Position numbers and translations under genes: made by a program
DNA from: a virus
Lineage: Duplodnaviria; Caudoviricetes
Length of the DNA stretch: 25,830 nucleotides
Virus record (IMG/VR): IMGVR_UViG_3300037478_000095
Location: 1 to 25,830 of that record
Direction: 5' to 3' (one strand)
The notes under the pieces: generated by a model
Database searches by the model: none
Told to the model about the DNA's origin: nothing
What the model saw: the letters and a program-made list of their open reading frames with translations, nothing else
In this document: positions 15,248-24,529 of the stretch, in pieces
How the letters are laid out: each line of letters opens with the position of its first letter
Position numbering within the stretch: position 1 is the first letter of the stretch

Positions 15248-17631
15248 GCCAGGTCCGCTATGTGCGCCTGGGTGTGCTTACGGGTCATGCCGCTCATCAC
15301 CACCCCCGCCGTCAGCGGGATCGTGCACGAGTCGACCACGTGCTTCTCCCGGTTCCCGTCCTGATGCACAATACGGATCACGTCACGCGGGCGTAGTGCC
15401 GGGTTTGGGATCGCGCCGAAGTTGACGCTGTATGGCATCCCGATATAGCGGGACAGCAGCGACCGCGCCGCCGTGCGGGCCTGCCCCCCGGTGGTGAGCA
15501 GCGGGCTGGAGTAGAAGCGTGGCACCCGCCCGAACCGGCCATCCCACCGGGTCGGCGAGTTCACCCCGTCATCGACGGCGATGCCCTGTACCGGCGTCTC
15601 GGTGGCGCCCTCCCCGCGGGCCACCACCGCATTGTAGAAACCGTCGCGGGTCAGCGACCGGGCCACGTTGGTCTGCACGCCATTGCGCCCTGCGTTGACT
15701 GTCCAGGTGATCTCGTCCAGGTCGGGCGGGTCCTCTATCCGAAGAACCCCAGTCCCGTCCCAATAGGCGATCTTGCCGAGGGAGTCGGCGATATCGTGGA
15801 CCGCCTCGAACCGGTCCTCCTCCACCACCAGTGTGCGGCCCAGCAGGCCCGACCCGCCGGCGTCGAAGGCCACCACCGCGTCCGGGTAAATCTCGCGCAC
15901 CAACTCGTTCACCACCGAGCCGACGGTGCGGGTGTGTTCAAACTGGCGGGGGAAGATGAGCCGCCCGTCGACGATGCCGGCCATCCTGTCCTGCCCGCTG
16001 ATGCGGATCGGATCGTAAGCCCCGCCGGACTGCTCCGCGGTGTCGATGCGGAAATAGCCCAGTGGCACCCACAGGATCTCGTTGCCGATATCCACGCCGC
16101 GACGCACGAAGACCTCGTTGCCGTACGGGGCCAACAGGTCGTCCTCGTGGCGGGGGAACAGGCCGTCCCGCCCGTCACCGCCCCGGGTCTCCAACTGCAA
16201 GGTGGCGAACACCTCAGCGGTGGCGTCAAAGATTACGTCCCCGCCGAGGATGTCGACCACGGTGCCCTGTGGATCCTCCCCGGTCTGAAACGTGGTCAGC
16301 ACCCGGGCCTCGAAGACCGGGTGGTGTGACCCGGACAGTGAGCGCAGCAGTGCCCCCGGGGCCGTGACGGTCGCCGGGGCCAGCGACAGCGCGAACGTGT
16401 AGGAGGCGTACTCGTCGTCGCCATCCCAACACGTCAGCGTCATCAGCAGCAGGTTGCCCAGGTCGGTGACCTCGACCGTGCCGAAGTGGTCACGCCCGCC
16501 GAGCTCGGGGCCGACGTCGAACCGGCCCTCATCCTCGGTGCCGAAACTGGAATCCAGCGAGCCACAGTTCATCACCGGGAAACTGCCGAACGCGTTCGTC
16601 ACACCCCCGGTCAGGCCCATGGCGTGCCGGTCCCCGTACACCATGACCATGCGGCCCAGCCATCCGTGGGTGTCCAGCAGGCCCACGAGCTCGGCCCGCT
16701 CGGTCTGGAACTGGTCCCACGTGTCCGACCCGATGCCGAGCCACTGCGACGGCATCAGCCACACGAGTGCCTCGGCCGTCGTGGTGTCCAGCAGATTCGA
16801 CAGCCACGCCTTCTGCGCGGTGCCGAGCATCGACTTGGCCGGGCTGTCCGCGTCATCGTTCGGCGACCGGTAGTAGCGGGTGTCCGACATCACGAACAGG
16901 ACACGGCCGATCTGGAACGACTGCCAGATCCCACCCGAATCGTCCAGCGGGTAGTGCGGCACGCGCTCCCGGTACACCTGCGCCGCGTTGGCTTTGTCGG
17001 CGAACGTGCCGTCGGAGTTGTTGGGGCCGAAGTCGTGGTCGTCCCACACGGACACCCACGACACCTCACGGTACAGCTGATGCTGCCGTGGCTGTGTAAG
17101 CACGTCGTCGTACCCGGCGCGATAGGTGCTCAGGCTGGCGTCGGGGACGAATACGCCCGAGCCGGGGTCGTAGTAGTGCAGGTCGCCCAGATGCACGAAG
17201 GCAGGCCAGTCCTCGGCGAGTGCTTTGGTGCGGATCGTGTCGAACACCGGGTGATTCGACACCCGGCCTTGCGCCAACTCGCCACCGTCGACGCCTGGGA
17301 AGTCTGGGTTCGACCCGGCGCAGAACCCGATTCCGATCGTGTAGCTAGCCGCGGTCCCCACCGCCGGATGGGTGCGGAACCGGCCGGTCACGGCGGTGTC
17401 GATGGTGCCGTTGTCTTCGACCCGCCACCAGTACGGCGTGGACGGCGCCAGGCCGGTGATGGACACCTTGGCGACCTTCTGCGCGTCCACCGCCTGGCTC
17501 GAGGTGAACACCGGGCTGGTCATCGACGCGTTGTCCGCCACCGCCACCCGGACGGGACCCGTGGTGACCTTGGCCACGAACGTCGCCCCGCCCGGGGTGG
17601 TGGCCCCGACGACCATGTTGACGACGCTCAC
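15244..17631 (-). CDS. PhoD-like metallophosphoesterase fused to a DUF5047-type baseplate hub minor tail protein
   Basis: N-half: GRFRT, HLGDLHY, WDDHDFGPNN, SDTRYYRS, SMLGTAQKAWL, GDRH; C-half: LAPYGNEVFVRRGV, VPLGYFRID, YNAVVARGE, FGRVPRFYSSPLLTT, PNPAL. Confidence 0.85.
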   Translation of the reverse strand: MSVVNMVVGATTPGGATFVAKVTTGPVRVAVADNASMTSPVFTSSQAVDAQKVAKVSITGLAPSTPYWWRVEDNGTIDTAVTGRFRTHPAVGTAASYTIGIGFCAGSNPDFPGVDGGELAQGRVSNHPVFDTIRTKALAEDWPAFVHLGDLHYYDPGSGVFVPDASLSTYRAGYDDVLTQPRQHQLYREVSWVSVWDDHDFGPNNSDGTFADKANAAQVYRERVPHYPLDDSGGIWQSFQIGRVLFVMSDTRYYRSPNDDADSPAKSMLGTAQKAWLSNLLDTTTAEALVWLMPSQWLGIGSDTWDQFQTERAELVGLLDTHGWLGRMVMVYGDRHAMGLTGGVTNAFGSFPVMNCGSLDSSFGTEDEGRFDVGPELGGRDHFGTVEVTDLGNLLLMTLTCWDGDDEYASYTFALSLAPATVTAPGALLRSLSGSHHPVFEARVLTTFQTGEDPQGTVVDILGGDVIFDATAEVFATLQLETRGGDGRDGLFPRHEDDLLAPYGNEVFVRRGVDIGNEILWVPLGYFRIDTAEQSGGAYDPIRISGQDRMAGIVDGRLIFPRQFEHTRTVGSVVNELVREIYPDAVVAFDAGGSGLLGRTLVVEEDRFEAVHDIADSLGKIAYWDGTGVLRIEDPPDLDEITWTVNAGRNGVQTNVARSLTRDGFYNAVVARGEGATETPVQGIAVDDGVNSPTRWDGRFGRVPRFYSSPLLTTGGQARTAARSLLSRYIGMPYSVNFGAIPNPALRPRDVIRIVHQDGNREKHVVDSCTIPLTAGVVMSGMTRKHTQAHIADLA

Positions 17632-18383
17632 GCCGGCACCCGGTACCCCTCAGCCCACCACCAGGCTTGCTCGATATTCGTTGCGCCGCTGCCGGGCAGG
17701 ATTCTGATCGTGGACGGCGTAGCGGACAGTGCGCTCGACAATGCCCCCCAGTGTTCGGACTGCGCGTGCGTGGTGCCGCTGGTTGACATGCGAGTGCTGG
17801 TGGACTGGAAGTTGTGCAGGTTGTTGCCGTTCATATGGAAGAAAGTGCAAACCAGGTTGTTCGTGGAGACCGTCGCCCCCCATCCGATCCGCCAGGTGGT
17901 CAATCCGGACTGGAAGGTCATCTCGTCGATGCCTAACGCTGCGGGGGAGATCGGGAACGCGGTCAGGTCAGCGGCCGGGTTCACCGCGTCAAGCGTGCGC
18001 TGCCCGAAGTAGTAGACACTGGCTGACTCGTTGTTGATCCGCGCCACCACCGATCCGGTCGCATCCAAGTCGAACCGCATGTGCAGCCGCACGAGGGCGA
18101 ACTCACCGACCGCGAACCGGCCGCCGTCGGTCAGGTCGATATCGAACGATGCGCCCGAGCTGCTACCGGCCTGCACCGGCACCCAGCCCACCATCGACGT
18201 CCCCGCCTCGAGCAGCGTCAGGCGGGATTCGTGGTCGGTGACTGTGTTATCGATCCGCTCGACCTCGGCCTCCACCGCCTCGGCGAGGATGTCTTCGGTA
18301 CCGAGCGGGCCGCCCGTGATGCTGATCCCCGGTTGGTCGGCTGGGTCTTCGTACGGGAACCCATAGGTGGGAGTCGACGGCAT
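17628..18383 (-). CDS. minor tail protein
   Basis: MPSTPTYGFPY..PAD...LAEAVEAEV start typical of actinophage minor tails. Confidence 0.7.
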   Translation of the reverse strand: MPSTPTYGFPYEDPADQPGISITGGPLGTEDILAEAVEAEVERIDNTVTDHESRLTLLEAGTSMVGWVPVQAGSSSGASFDIDLTDGGRFAVGEFALVRLHMRFDLDATGSVVARINNESASVYYFGQRTLDAVNPAADLTAFPISPAALGIDEMTFQSGLTTWRIGWGATVSTNNLVCTFFHMNGNNLHNFQSTSTRMSTSGTTHAQSEHWGALSSALSATPSTIRILPGSGATNIEQAWWWAEGYRVPA

Positions 18384-19175
18384 CTACAACACCACCAAGT
18401 CGTCCGGGTCGCCGACCGTGGCCAGCAGGTCCGACCACGTCGGGTTCGCCGCCCACAGTTGCGTCCAGGAGGCGTATTGGTTCCACACCGTGCCCCACGT
18501 CAAAGTCGTACCAACCACGTCGGCGGCGGGCGGGGCGACCTCCACCAGCGGCGACCAATGGCGACGCCGCGTCTCTACCCCAACTCGCTGGATCCGCGTC
18601 GATGTCGACACGAAGTAGATGGACCGCGGCGGGAACTTCGGGTTCGAGTTCGGCCCGATATGCAGAAACATCACATCGCCGACCGCCATCGCCAGCGATA
18701 ACTTCCGCGCCTGCGCCGCCGTCTCGGTGTTCAGTCCGAGTTCAAACCGCAGAGACGCGCCCACGTCGGATGTCGCCACCGGGAATGACCGGCCAGTCAC
18801 GTCGAACACTCCAGAGCGGCCCGGCCTTTCCAGATCGGTGTAGTTGGCGAGGTTCACCTCGTGATTGAGCAATGGGTAACGGATCGACTTCAGCCACGCC
18901 TCGCAGTCCGCGAACGGGGGCGTAATCGAATCGGACTCCTCGACGCTGTCATCGGCCACGTCGAGCACCCGGTAGAAGTTCTCCGCATCAGCAGCGAACT
19001 CATAGTCATCCAAGCTGGCCGCGCCAGCCGATACCGTGACCTCGGTGCCGCCGCGCACCGTCTCCCAATACAACTCGTTTGTTGAGCGTTCGATACGCAC
19101 CGCAGCCACCGTCAGGCTTGACAGCGCGATCTGCACTCGGGACAGGTCGCCGTTGTAGGTCAGCCCGATGGTCAT
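18384..19175 (-). CDS. distal tail (Dit-like) protein
   Basis: directly after the tape measure; TVRGG, DDYE, AWLKS, GRSFPVA and TW repeats. Confidence 0.78.
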   Translation of the reverse strand: MTIGLTYNGDLSRVQIALSSLTVAAVRIERSTNELYWETVRGGTEVTVSAGAASLDDYEFAADAENFYRVLDVADDSVEESDSITPPFADCEAWLKSIRYPLLNHEVNLANYTDLERPGRSGVFDVTGRSFPVATSDVGASLRFELGLNTETAAQARKLSLAMAVGDVMFLHIGPNSNPKFPPRSIYFVSTSTRIQRVGVETRRRHWSPLVEVAPPAADVVGTTLTWGTVWNQYASWTQLWAANPTWSDLLATVGDPDDLVVL

Positions 19176-22100
19176 CGCGCCAACCCCGTTCCCGCCCTTG
19201 TGCGGCGCTTCAAGTCCCGGTCATGAGCGCTCTGCTTGCTACTGATCCGGCCATCCACCACACCCAGGAACTCACCCGAATCCAGATACAGGTTGCCGGT
19301 GAACTGGCCCGCAGACGCCCCGTCCCCGCCACGCGGGCGTTCCATCACCGAGACAAACCGGTCGAACAGCCGCGACTGCTGCGGCGATAGCACATACTCG
19401 GTGCCGCCGGATGTGTTCAATCCGAGCTCGCCGTGCCGCCACTTGCCGCCCGTGTCGTACAGCCGCGGGTTGTCCGGCTCCAGATGCAGATGCGGCCCAG
19501 TGGAGTTGCCAGTCGAACCGACCCGGCCGATCATCTGCCCGCGGCTGATCTGCTGCCCGGTGCGTATGTACATCTGCGACATGTGCGCGTACAGCGAGCG
19601 CCACCCGGCGTGCGCGATCGCGGCGTAGATGCCGTACGAGGTGGCCAGCCGCGCCGCGCGCGACACGATCCCGGACGCCGCGGCGTAGACGGGGGTGCCG
19701 ATCGGGGCGGGCAAGTCGCGGGCGTTGTAGCCATGCCCGGCCGGGCCACGTCCGATCCGGTACGACCCCGGCGGCAGCACCTTGCCGGGCACCGCGCCAG
19801 CCGCGTTGCCGACCCGGCGAGCCACCCCAGAGACCATGTTGTTCCAGTCCGTGGCGTCGATATCTTCCTTGGCGTGAATGTTTATCCTGCTGACCGGCCC
19901 GCCCATCGCCAGCTTGTGGTTCGGGACGATCTCGCCACCCTGCCGGGGCACGAACAGCTCCGGACCGCGCTCGCCCACGACATACGGCTCGCCGGCCTCT
20001 ACCGGCCCGCCCATAGCGCGCAACGCGGTACCGCCGCCGACCCGGATGTCACCCGTGGCAGTGATGGTGATCTTCTTGCCGGACGGCAGCCGGTCGATGG
20101 CCCGCTTGATGTCATTGATGCCCTCGATGGCCTGCTGCTTGCCGGTCAGGTTGATCGGGATTCGGCGTTCCTTGCCCGGCCTCAAGCCCTGTTCGATCTT
20201 GACGTCCAGCGCCTTGGCTGCCTCGTAGACGCCGACGCCATTCTTGATCATGTGGTCGCGGACCTTGTTGGCGATCTTCTCACCGTGATCGGCCGCGATC
20301 TGCGCCAGCACGGGGCCAGCCTCAATCAGCGGATCGACGATGCCGCCACGCACACTCTCATCGGTCGAATGCAGCCACAGCCCCTCGGCCTTCTCCAGTT
20401 CTGCGTCGGTCATGGATGCGAACAGCGCGACCAGATCGGCGCCCTCAGGACCGAGCTGCACCAGGTGATCCAGCAAGCCGTCGGATGCGCGGCCGGCCAA
20501 GCGGATCAGGTTGTCTCGCCAGTCCTCTTGGTTCTGCACCATCCGTTCGAGCTCGGCGATGTACTCGTCGACCGTCAGCGTGACGTCGCCGACGAAGTCT
20601 TCCCACGAGTCGGTGGCGTCCTCGGTCGACTCGGCGGTCTTCTCCGCAGCTGTACGCTCGGACTCTTCCTTGCTCTCCAGCGCCGTGGTATACGCCCCAA
20701 GCGCGCCGACGAACTCGCCGCCGGCGTCCTCCCACGCCTTGAGCATGTCTTCAGCAGCCTTGGCCGCGTCGTCGCCGGTCAGTCCGAACCGCGTTCCTAG
20801 ATCGGCCAGTGCGTCCTGTAACGGATCGACCGTCTCGGCGGTCAGTCGCTGCTGGTTCTCCGCCTCCTGCAGGGCCTCCTTGTACTGCGGCAGGTCGTCG
20901 ATCAGTTCGTCGATCTGCTTGCCTTCGAGCCCCAGCACTTCGGCGAACGCCTCGATCGAGCGCCCGGCGGCGTCTGCGTTGCCCCCGGAGACCAGTTGCG
21001 CCATCGCCGTGTCGATCGACGAGATGTTCCGCTCGTAGATGCCGGTCGCCCGGTTCAGCTCGTCCATCGCGGCGATCGCGCCTTCGGGGGTGAGGCTCTG
21101 CTCGGCCATCTCACCGAAGTGCTGCATGGCCTCGGCGGCCGCCACCGTGTCCGCGATCAGATCGTCGCTCACCCCGGTAGCCAGGTTCAACAACGCCCTG
21201 GTCGCGTCCGAGACCGGCGGTGCGGCTTCCTTCGAGGCCCCGGCGATGGCGGCGATCCCGGCCGCGACCGCCAGGAGCACACCGACCACCGGGATGGCCA
21301 GGGTGAACCCGCGCATCGCCGTGGCCAGCCCCGGCATGGTCGTGGACAGCAATTGCAACTCGACACGCGCGGCGGCGATCCGCGGGGCCATCAGCAGGAA
21401 CCCGCCGCCGAGAAGCGCCACGGTGCCCACCAGGCCCGCCAGGATCGTCGCTACGGTCTTCAGCGGCCCAGGCAGGTCCGAGAACCACTTGAGCAGGTCC
21501 GCCGCGCCCTCGGCCAGCCCAGCGATCGCCGGCAGCAACACGTTACCCACGTCGATAGCCAGATCGACCAGCGTGTTACGAGCTATGGCGATCTTCGCCT
21601 CGGCAGTGTCGTACCGCTTGGCCGCCTCGTCGATCAGTGCCGTGTTCTCCGCCCACGCCCGCGCACCGTCGTCCAGCGACCGACCCAGTAGGTCGCCAGC
21701 GCCGGACAGGCGCAGCATCGCGTCACGGGTGCGGATCGTGCCCAACCCGAGCCCATCGAGCGTGGCGAACACGTTGCCGCCCGCAGAGTCGATACGGCCC
21801 AGGCCCTCGACGAACGCCTGGATGGCCCGCGCGGGGTCGGTCTCGAACGCCCTGGTGAACTCTTCCGCCGACATGCCCGCGACCTGGGCGAACTCAGCCA
21901 CCGAATCACCGCCGGACGCCACCGCATCCGCCATCTTGACCATGGCGGTGGACAAGGCCGTGCCGCCGGCCTCGGCCTCGATACCGACCGATGCCAGCGC
22001 ATTGGCGAACGCGAGCACGTCCGCCTCAGACAAGTCGATGATCGCGCCCGCGCCGGAGATCCGCTGCGCCATCTCGAGGATGTCCCGCTCAGTCGAGGCG

Positions 22101-22687
22101 CCGTTGTTACCGAGCTCGACCAACGCCGCACCCAGCCGACCCACATCCTCAGGGGCGGTCTGCATCACGTTCATCATCTGCGCGATAGCGGTGGCCGCCT
22201 CGTCGGCGGTCAGGTTCGTCGTCTCGCCCAGATCGACCATGACGCGGGTGAACGCGACCACGTCGTCGGTGGCGATGCCCAACTGGCCGGCGGCTTCGGC
22301 CACCGCGGCTATCTCACGGTGCGACGAAGGCAGCGTCGTCGCCAGGTCCCGAAGGCCCTTCTCCACCCTGGCAAGCTGCTCCGGGGTGCCCTCGACGGTC
22401 TTGAGCACACCGGTCCAGGCGGATTCCCAGCCGATGGCGGCCTTGGCGGCTAGGCCCAACCCGGCGGCCACCGCCGCACCGAACACGACCATGCCGCGCC
22501 CGACGTTCCGCAACGCGGCGGCGGTGCGCTGATGCAGCTGCTGCTCCATCGCCGCAGCCGTACGGTTGCCCTTGTTGATCTCCCGCTCGAGCTGCGACAT
22601 CGACCGGGCCGTGCGCTGCAACTCCCGCTCGAGCTTGACGGCATTGGCGTCGATGGTGACCCGAAGATCGGCATTACGAGTCGCCAT
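19172..22687 (-). CDS. tape measure protein with a C-terminal M23 peptidase
   Basis: TP901-type core (WESAWTGVLKT, AGQLGI, EAEAGGTA); RAMGGPV..GERGPE motifs; HxxxxD, YAHM and STGPHLH M23 motifs. Confidence 0.95.
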   Translation of the reverse strand: MATRNADLRVTIDANAVKLERELQRTARSMSQLEREINKGNRTAAAMEQQLHQRTAAALRNVGRGMVVFGAAVAAGLGLAAKAAIGWESAWTGVLKTVEGTPEQLARVEKGLRDLATTLPSSHREIAAVAEAAGQLGIATDDVVAFTRVMVDLGETTNLTADEAATAIAQMMNVMQTAPEDVGRLGAALVELGNNGASTERDILEMAQRISGAGAIIDLSEADVLAFANALASVGIEAEAGGTALSTAMVKMADAVASGGDSVAEFAQVAGMSAEEFTRAFETDPARAIQAFVEGLGRIDSAGGNVFATLDGLGLGTIRTRDAMLRLSGAGDLLGRSLDDGARAWAENTALIDEAAKRYDTAEAKIAIARNTLVDLAIDVGNVLLPAIAGLAEGAADLLKWFSDLPGPLKTVATILAGLVGTVALLGGGFLLMAPRIAAARVELQLLSTTMPGLATAMRGFTLAIPVVGVLLAVAAGIAAIAGASKEAAPPVSDATRALLNLATGVSDDLIADTVAAAEAMQHFGEMAEQSLTPEGAIAAMDELNRATGIYERNISSIDTAMAQLVSGGNADAAGRSIEAFAEVLGLEGKQIDELIDDLPQYKEALQEAENQQRLTAETVDPLQDALADLGTRFGLTGDDAAKAAEDMLKAWEDAGGEFVGALGAYTTALESKEESERTAAEKTAESTEDATDSWEDFVGDVTLTVDEYIAELERMVQNQEDWRDNLIRLAGRASDGLLDHLVQLGPEGADLVALFASMTDAELEKAEGLWLHSTDESVRGGIVDPLIEAGPVLAQIAADHGEKIANKVRDHMIKNGVGVYEAAKALDVKIEQGLRPGKERRIPINLTGKQQAIEGINDIKRAIDRLPSGKKITITATGDIRVGGGTALRAMGGPVEAGEPYVVGERGPELFVPRQGGEIVPNHKLAMGGPVSRINIHAKEDIDATDWNNMVSGVARRVGNAAGAVPGKVLPPGSYRIGRGPAGHGYNARDLPAPIGTPVYAAASGIVSRAARLATSYGIYAAIAHAGWRSLYAHMSQMYIRTGQQISRGQMIGRVGSTGNSTGPHLHLEPDNPRLYDTGGKWRHGELGLNTSGGTEYVLSPQQSRLFDRFVSVMERPRGGDGASAGQFTGNLYLDSGEFLGVVDGRISSKQSAHDRDLKRRTRAGTGLAR

Positions 22688-23009
22688 CGGTCACCGCCTC
22701 TCTAGGTACCAGCCGCACGTACACCCCGCCCATCTGCTGAGCCAGCTCGCGGGTGTTCTTCTCCTCGGCCTGCCGCCGGTGACAGCCGCGGCACACCCGC
22801 ACCTCCGCGGTGTAGGCGTCCCGATCCGCTTCCCACTCCCATTCGGCGGTGCCGCAGTGCGGACAGCGCTGCGCCTCGTCCGATTGCCACGCCAGCGCGG
22901 CCTGCTGATCGTCCGGGTTCCAGTTCAGGAACTCCGACAGCGGGATACCGCGCGGCCCGCAATAGGCCATGCGCGCCCGGAACAGTGGGTCGCGCCTCAG
23001 TCTTTTGGG
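22674..23009 (-). CDS. tail assembly chaperone, frameshifted (GT-like) C-terminal part
   Basis: the -1 frame from CCCAAAA reads KRLRRDPLFRARMAYCGPRGIP... into the 22674..22970 ORF. Confidence 0.75.
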   Translation of the reverse strand, partial: PKRLRRDPLFRARMAYCGPRGIPLSEFLNWNPDDQQAALAWQSDEAQRCPHCGTAEWEWEADRDAYTAEVRVCRGCHRRQAEEKNTRELAQQMGGVYVRLVPREAVTDGDS

Positions 23010-23566
23010 ATGCCGTCTGCCGGCTGCGCCCCGTAGGCCCGCTGGATCGCGTCACGGCACGTAATCACGTCACCGGCCGACCAGCGGTCAGAGGTGAGCT
23101 CGGCCCTCCACTCATCGGCGGTCAGGTCCGAATCCAGCACCGCCGCAGCCATGGCGTGATACGTCCACTCCTTGACCTTCGCCGCATTGGCCTCTTCGGC
23201 CTTGCGCCGGTCCTCGCCCTTGACGTCGGCGGAAATGTCGTCCGGCAGGTACTCCGACGCCAGCGCGTCGCGCTCGTCCTCGGACAGCCCGCGGAACCGC
23301 AACGCCAGGCAGTGCTTGTCCCGCTCAGCCTCCGCGTCGGCGACGGCCTGCTCCAGCGCGGCGAGGTCGACGCTGCTCTTGTCGCCCTGTCGGGCCTTGA
23401 TGACGTTGCCGAACTGCAGTTCCTTCTGCGCCTGCTCCAACCGCTGCATGGCCTTCTCGCCGGCCTCGTCGAGCGGGAAGTATGCGGTGACGACCTTGGC
23501 GCGCTTGCGGGCCAACTGGTCGCGCAGGCCGGTCTTGCGGGCGGCGCGGGCTTGGGACTGAGACAT
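22997..23566 (-). CDS. tail assembly chaperone (G-like)
   Basis: between tail tube and tape measure; AGGAG RBS before ATG 23566; ends IPKD over the slippery site. Confidence 0.82.
   Translation of the reverse strand: MSQSQARAARKTGLRDQLARKRAKVVTAYFPLDEAGEKAMQRLEQAQKELQFGNVIKARQGDKSSVDLAALEQAVADAEAERDKHCLALRFRGLSEDERDALASEYLPDDISADVKGEDRRKAEEANAAKVKEWTYHAMAAAVLDSDLTADEWRAELTSDRWSAGDVITCRDAIQRAYGAQPADGIPKD
23003..23009 (-). other. programmed -1 frameshift slippery heptamer CCCAAAA
   Basis: X XXY YYZ pattern just before the chaperone stop, joining the downstream ORF. Confidence 0.78.
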
Positions 23567-23660
23567 GGATGCTCCTGGCACGGCGATAGGCACGGTTAGA
23601 GCTCCCAGCCAGCCGACCGTGCCTGGGCAGCCAGCTGGGAGCGACTAGAGCAGAGACGAC

Positions 23661-24158
23661 TCACGTCTCGGTCGGAAGGTCGATCTTCCGCAGCGCGGTG
23701 ACGGCGAACCCGACCGAACCCATCGACCCGCCGGCCGTAGCAACGGTCGGTGTCACCACGGACACCTCGACCTTCCACACCCACGCCCGCGCCGTGGACA
23801 CCAGGCCACGCGGGGCGTGGACCAGATACCCTGCATCGCCGACGGTGAAGAAGTCCAGAGCGTCGTTGTCGTCTTCGGCGAGGTAGAACGAGATGGACGA
23901 GTCGTCCAGGGACGCGCCGTCGAACACCTTGCCGTCGACGTCGGAGCACATGTCCTGCAGCTCCGCGTACCGGGGCGAGACGTTGAACCCGTTCAGGGCC
24001 TCGATCGCGCAGGTCAGGTTCGACCCGGCGTTGAGCTCGGCCTCAGTGAGAGCGAAGTCCGCGTCGACGATCGTCGGGACGAACACCCACTCGGTGTTCT
24101 TCTTGACTCCATAGCGATCCGCGTCGATGCCGCCGATCTGCGTCGGGGTGAAGGCCAT
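23661..24158 (-). CDS. major tail (tube) protein
   Basis: WVFVPTI...TEAELNAG.NLTCAI...GDAGYLV...W.VEV actinophage tube pattern; AAGGAG RBS. Confidence 0.88.
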   Translation of the reverse strand: MAFTPTQIGGIDADRYGVKKNTEWVFVPTIVDADFALTEAELNAGSNLTCAIEALNGFNVSPRYAELQDMCSDVDGKVFDGASLDDSSISFYLAEDDNDALDFFTVGDAGYLVHAPRGLVSTARAWVWKVEVSVVTPTVATAGGSMGSVGFAVTALRKIDLPTET

Positions 24159-24161
24159 TTG

Positions 24162-24332
24162 TTACTCCTTTTCCTTGTTGTCCGACTCGGCGGCCGACTC
24201 GGCATTGACTTTCTTCCGGGATGAGACCCGCTTCCAGCGCGGGCCGAGGCTGTTCAACTGGGTGCGCAGGACTTCCTTGCGAGCACCGCTGACGTGCTCG
24301 ACCAGGACGCGCTTGGATAGGCGGCGGGGCAC
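24162..24332 (-). CDS. small basic protein, 56 aa (VPRRLSKRVLVEHVSGARKEV...)
   Basis: GGAGGT RBS; stops 3 nt before the tube gene; not in ORF track. Confidence 0.65.
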   Translation of the reverse strand: MPRRLSKRVLVEHVSGARKEVLRTQLNSLGPRWKRVSSRKKVNAESAAESDNKEKE

Positions 24333-24347
24333 GATGGGACCTCCGGG

Positions 24348-24382
24348 TTGATGTAGTGCTGCAGCGGTGCTATAGTGGTGCC
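24348..24382 (+). promoter_or_regulatory. leaderless SigA-type promoter with phased GTGC repeats
   Basis: TTGATG(24348)-17 nt-TATAGT(24371)-6 nt-ATG(24383); GTGC at 24356, 24367 and 24378. Confidence 0.7.
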
Positions 24383-24529
24383 ATGAGGACAGTGAGCATC
24401 AACCTGCGGATCCCGGCCGAGCTTCATGCTCAGCTCAAGCAGGAGGCCGACGCTGATCGCCGGTCGCTGAATGCTGAGATCCTGTGGCTTCTGAGCGAAG
24501 CCCTGACCGCGAAGGGAAACGAATCATGA
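24383..24529 (+). CDS. Arc-family ribbon-helix-helix regulator, 48 aa (not in ORF track)
   Basis: MRTVSINLRIPAELHAQLKQEADADRRSLNAEILWLLSEAL matches the Arc LRxP...RSLNAEI signature. Confidence 0.88.
   Translation: MRTVSINLRIPAELHAQLKQEADADRRSLNAEILWLLSEALTAKGNES

Noticed and set aside
16380-17631. PhoD as a phosphate-scavenging auxiliary metabolic gene
   Set aside because: No export signal and fused to a baseplate protein in the late operon; a virion role fits better.
15796-22532. Long plus-strand ORFs (16486..18012, 19433..20800, 21039..22532 and others)
   Set aside because: Antisense shadows of well-supported tail genes, expected in high-GC DNA; no motifs or RBS.
23600-23642. Hairpin GCTCCCAGC/GCTGGGAGC between the tube and chaperone genes as an ncRNA
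   Set aside because: Only a 9-bp stem at a position where attenuating hairpins are common; nothing else supports an RNA gene.
24484-24525. Track start of the membrane protein at 24484
   Set aside because: Lies inside the Arc gene; ATG 24526 has an RBS and an ATGA overlap.
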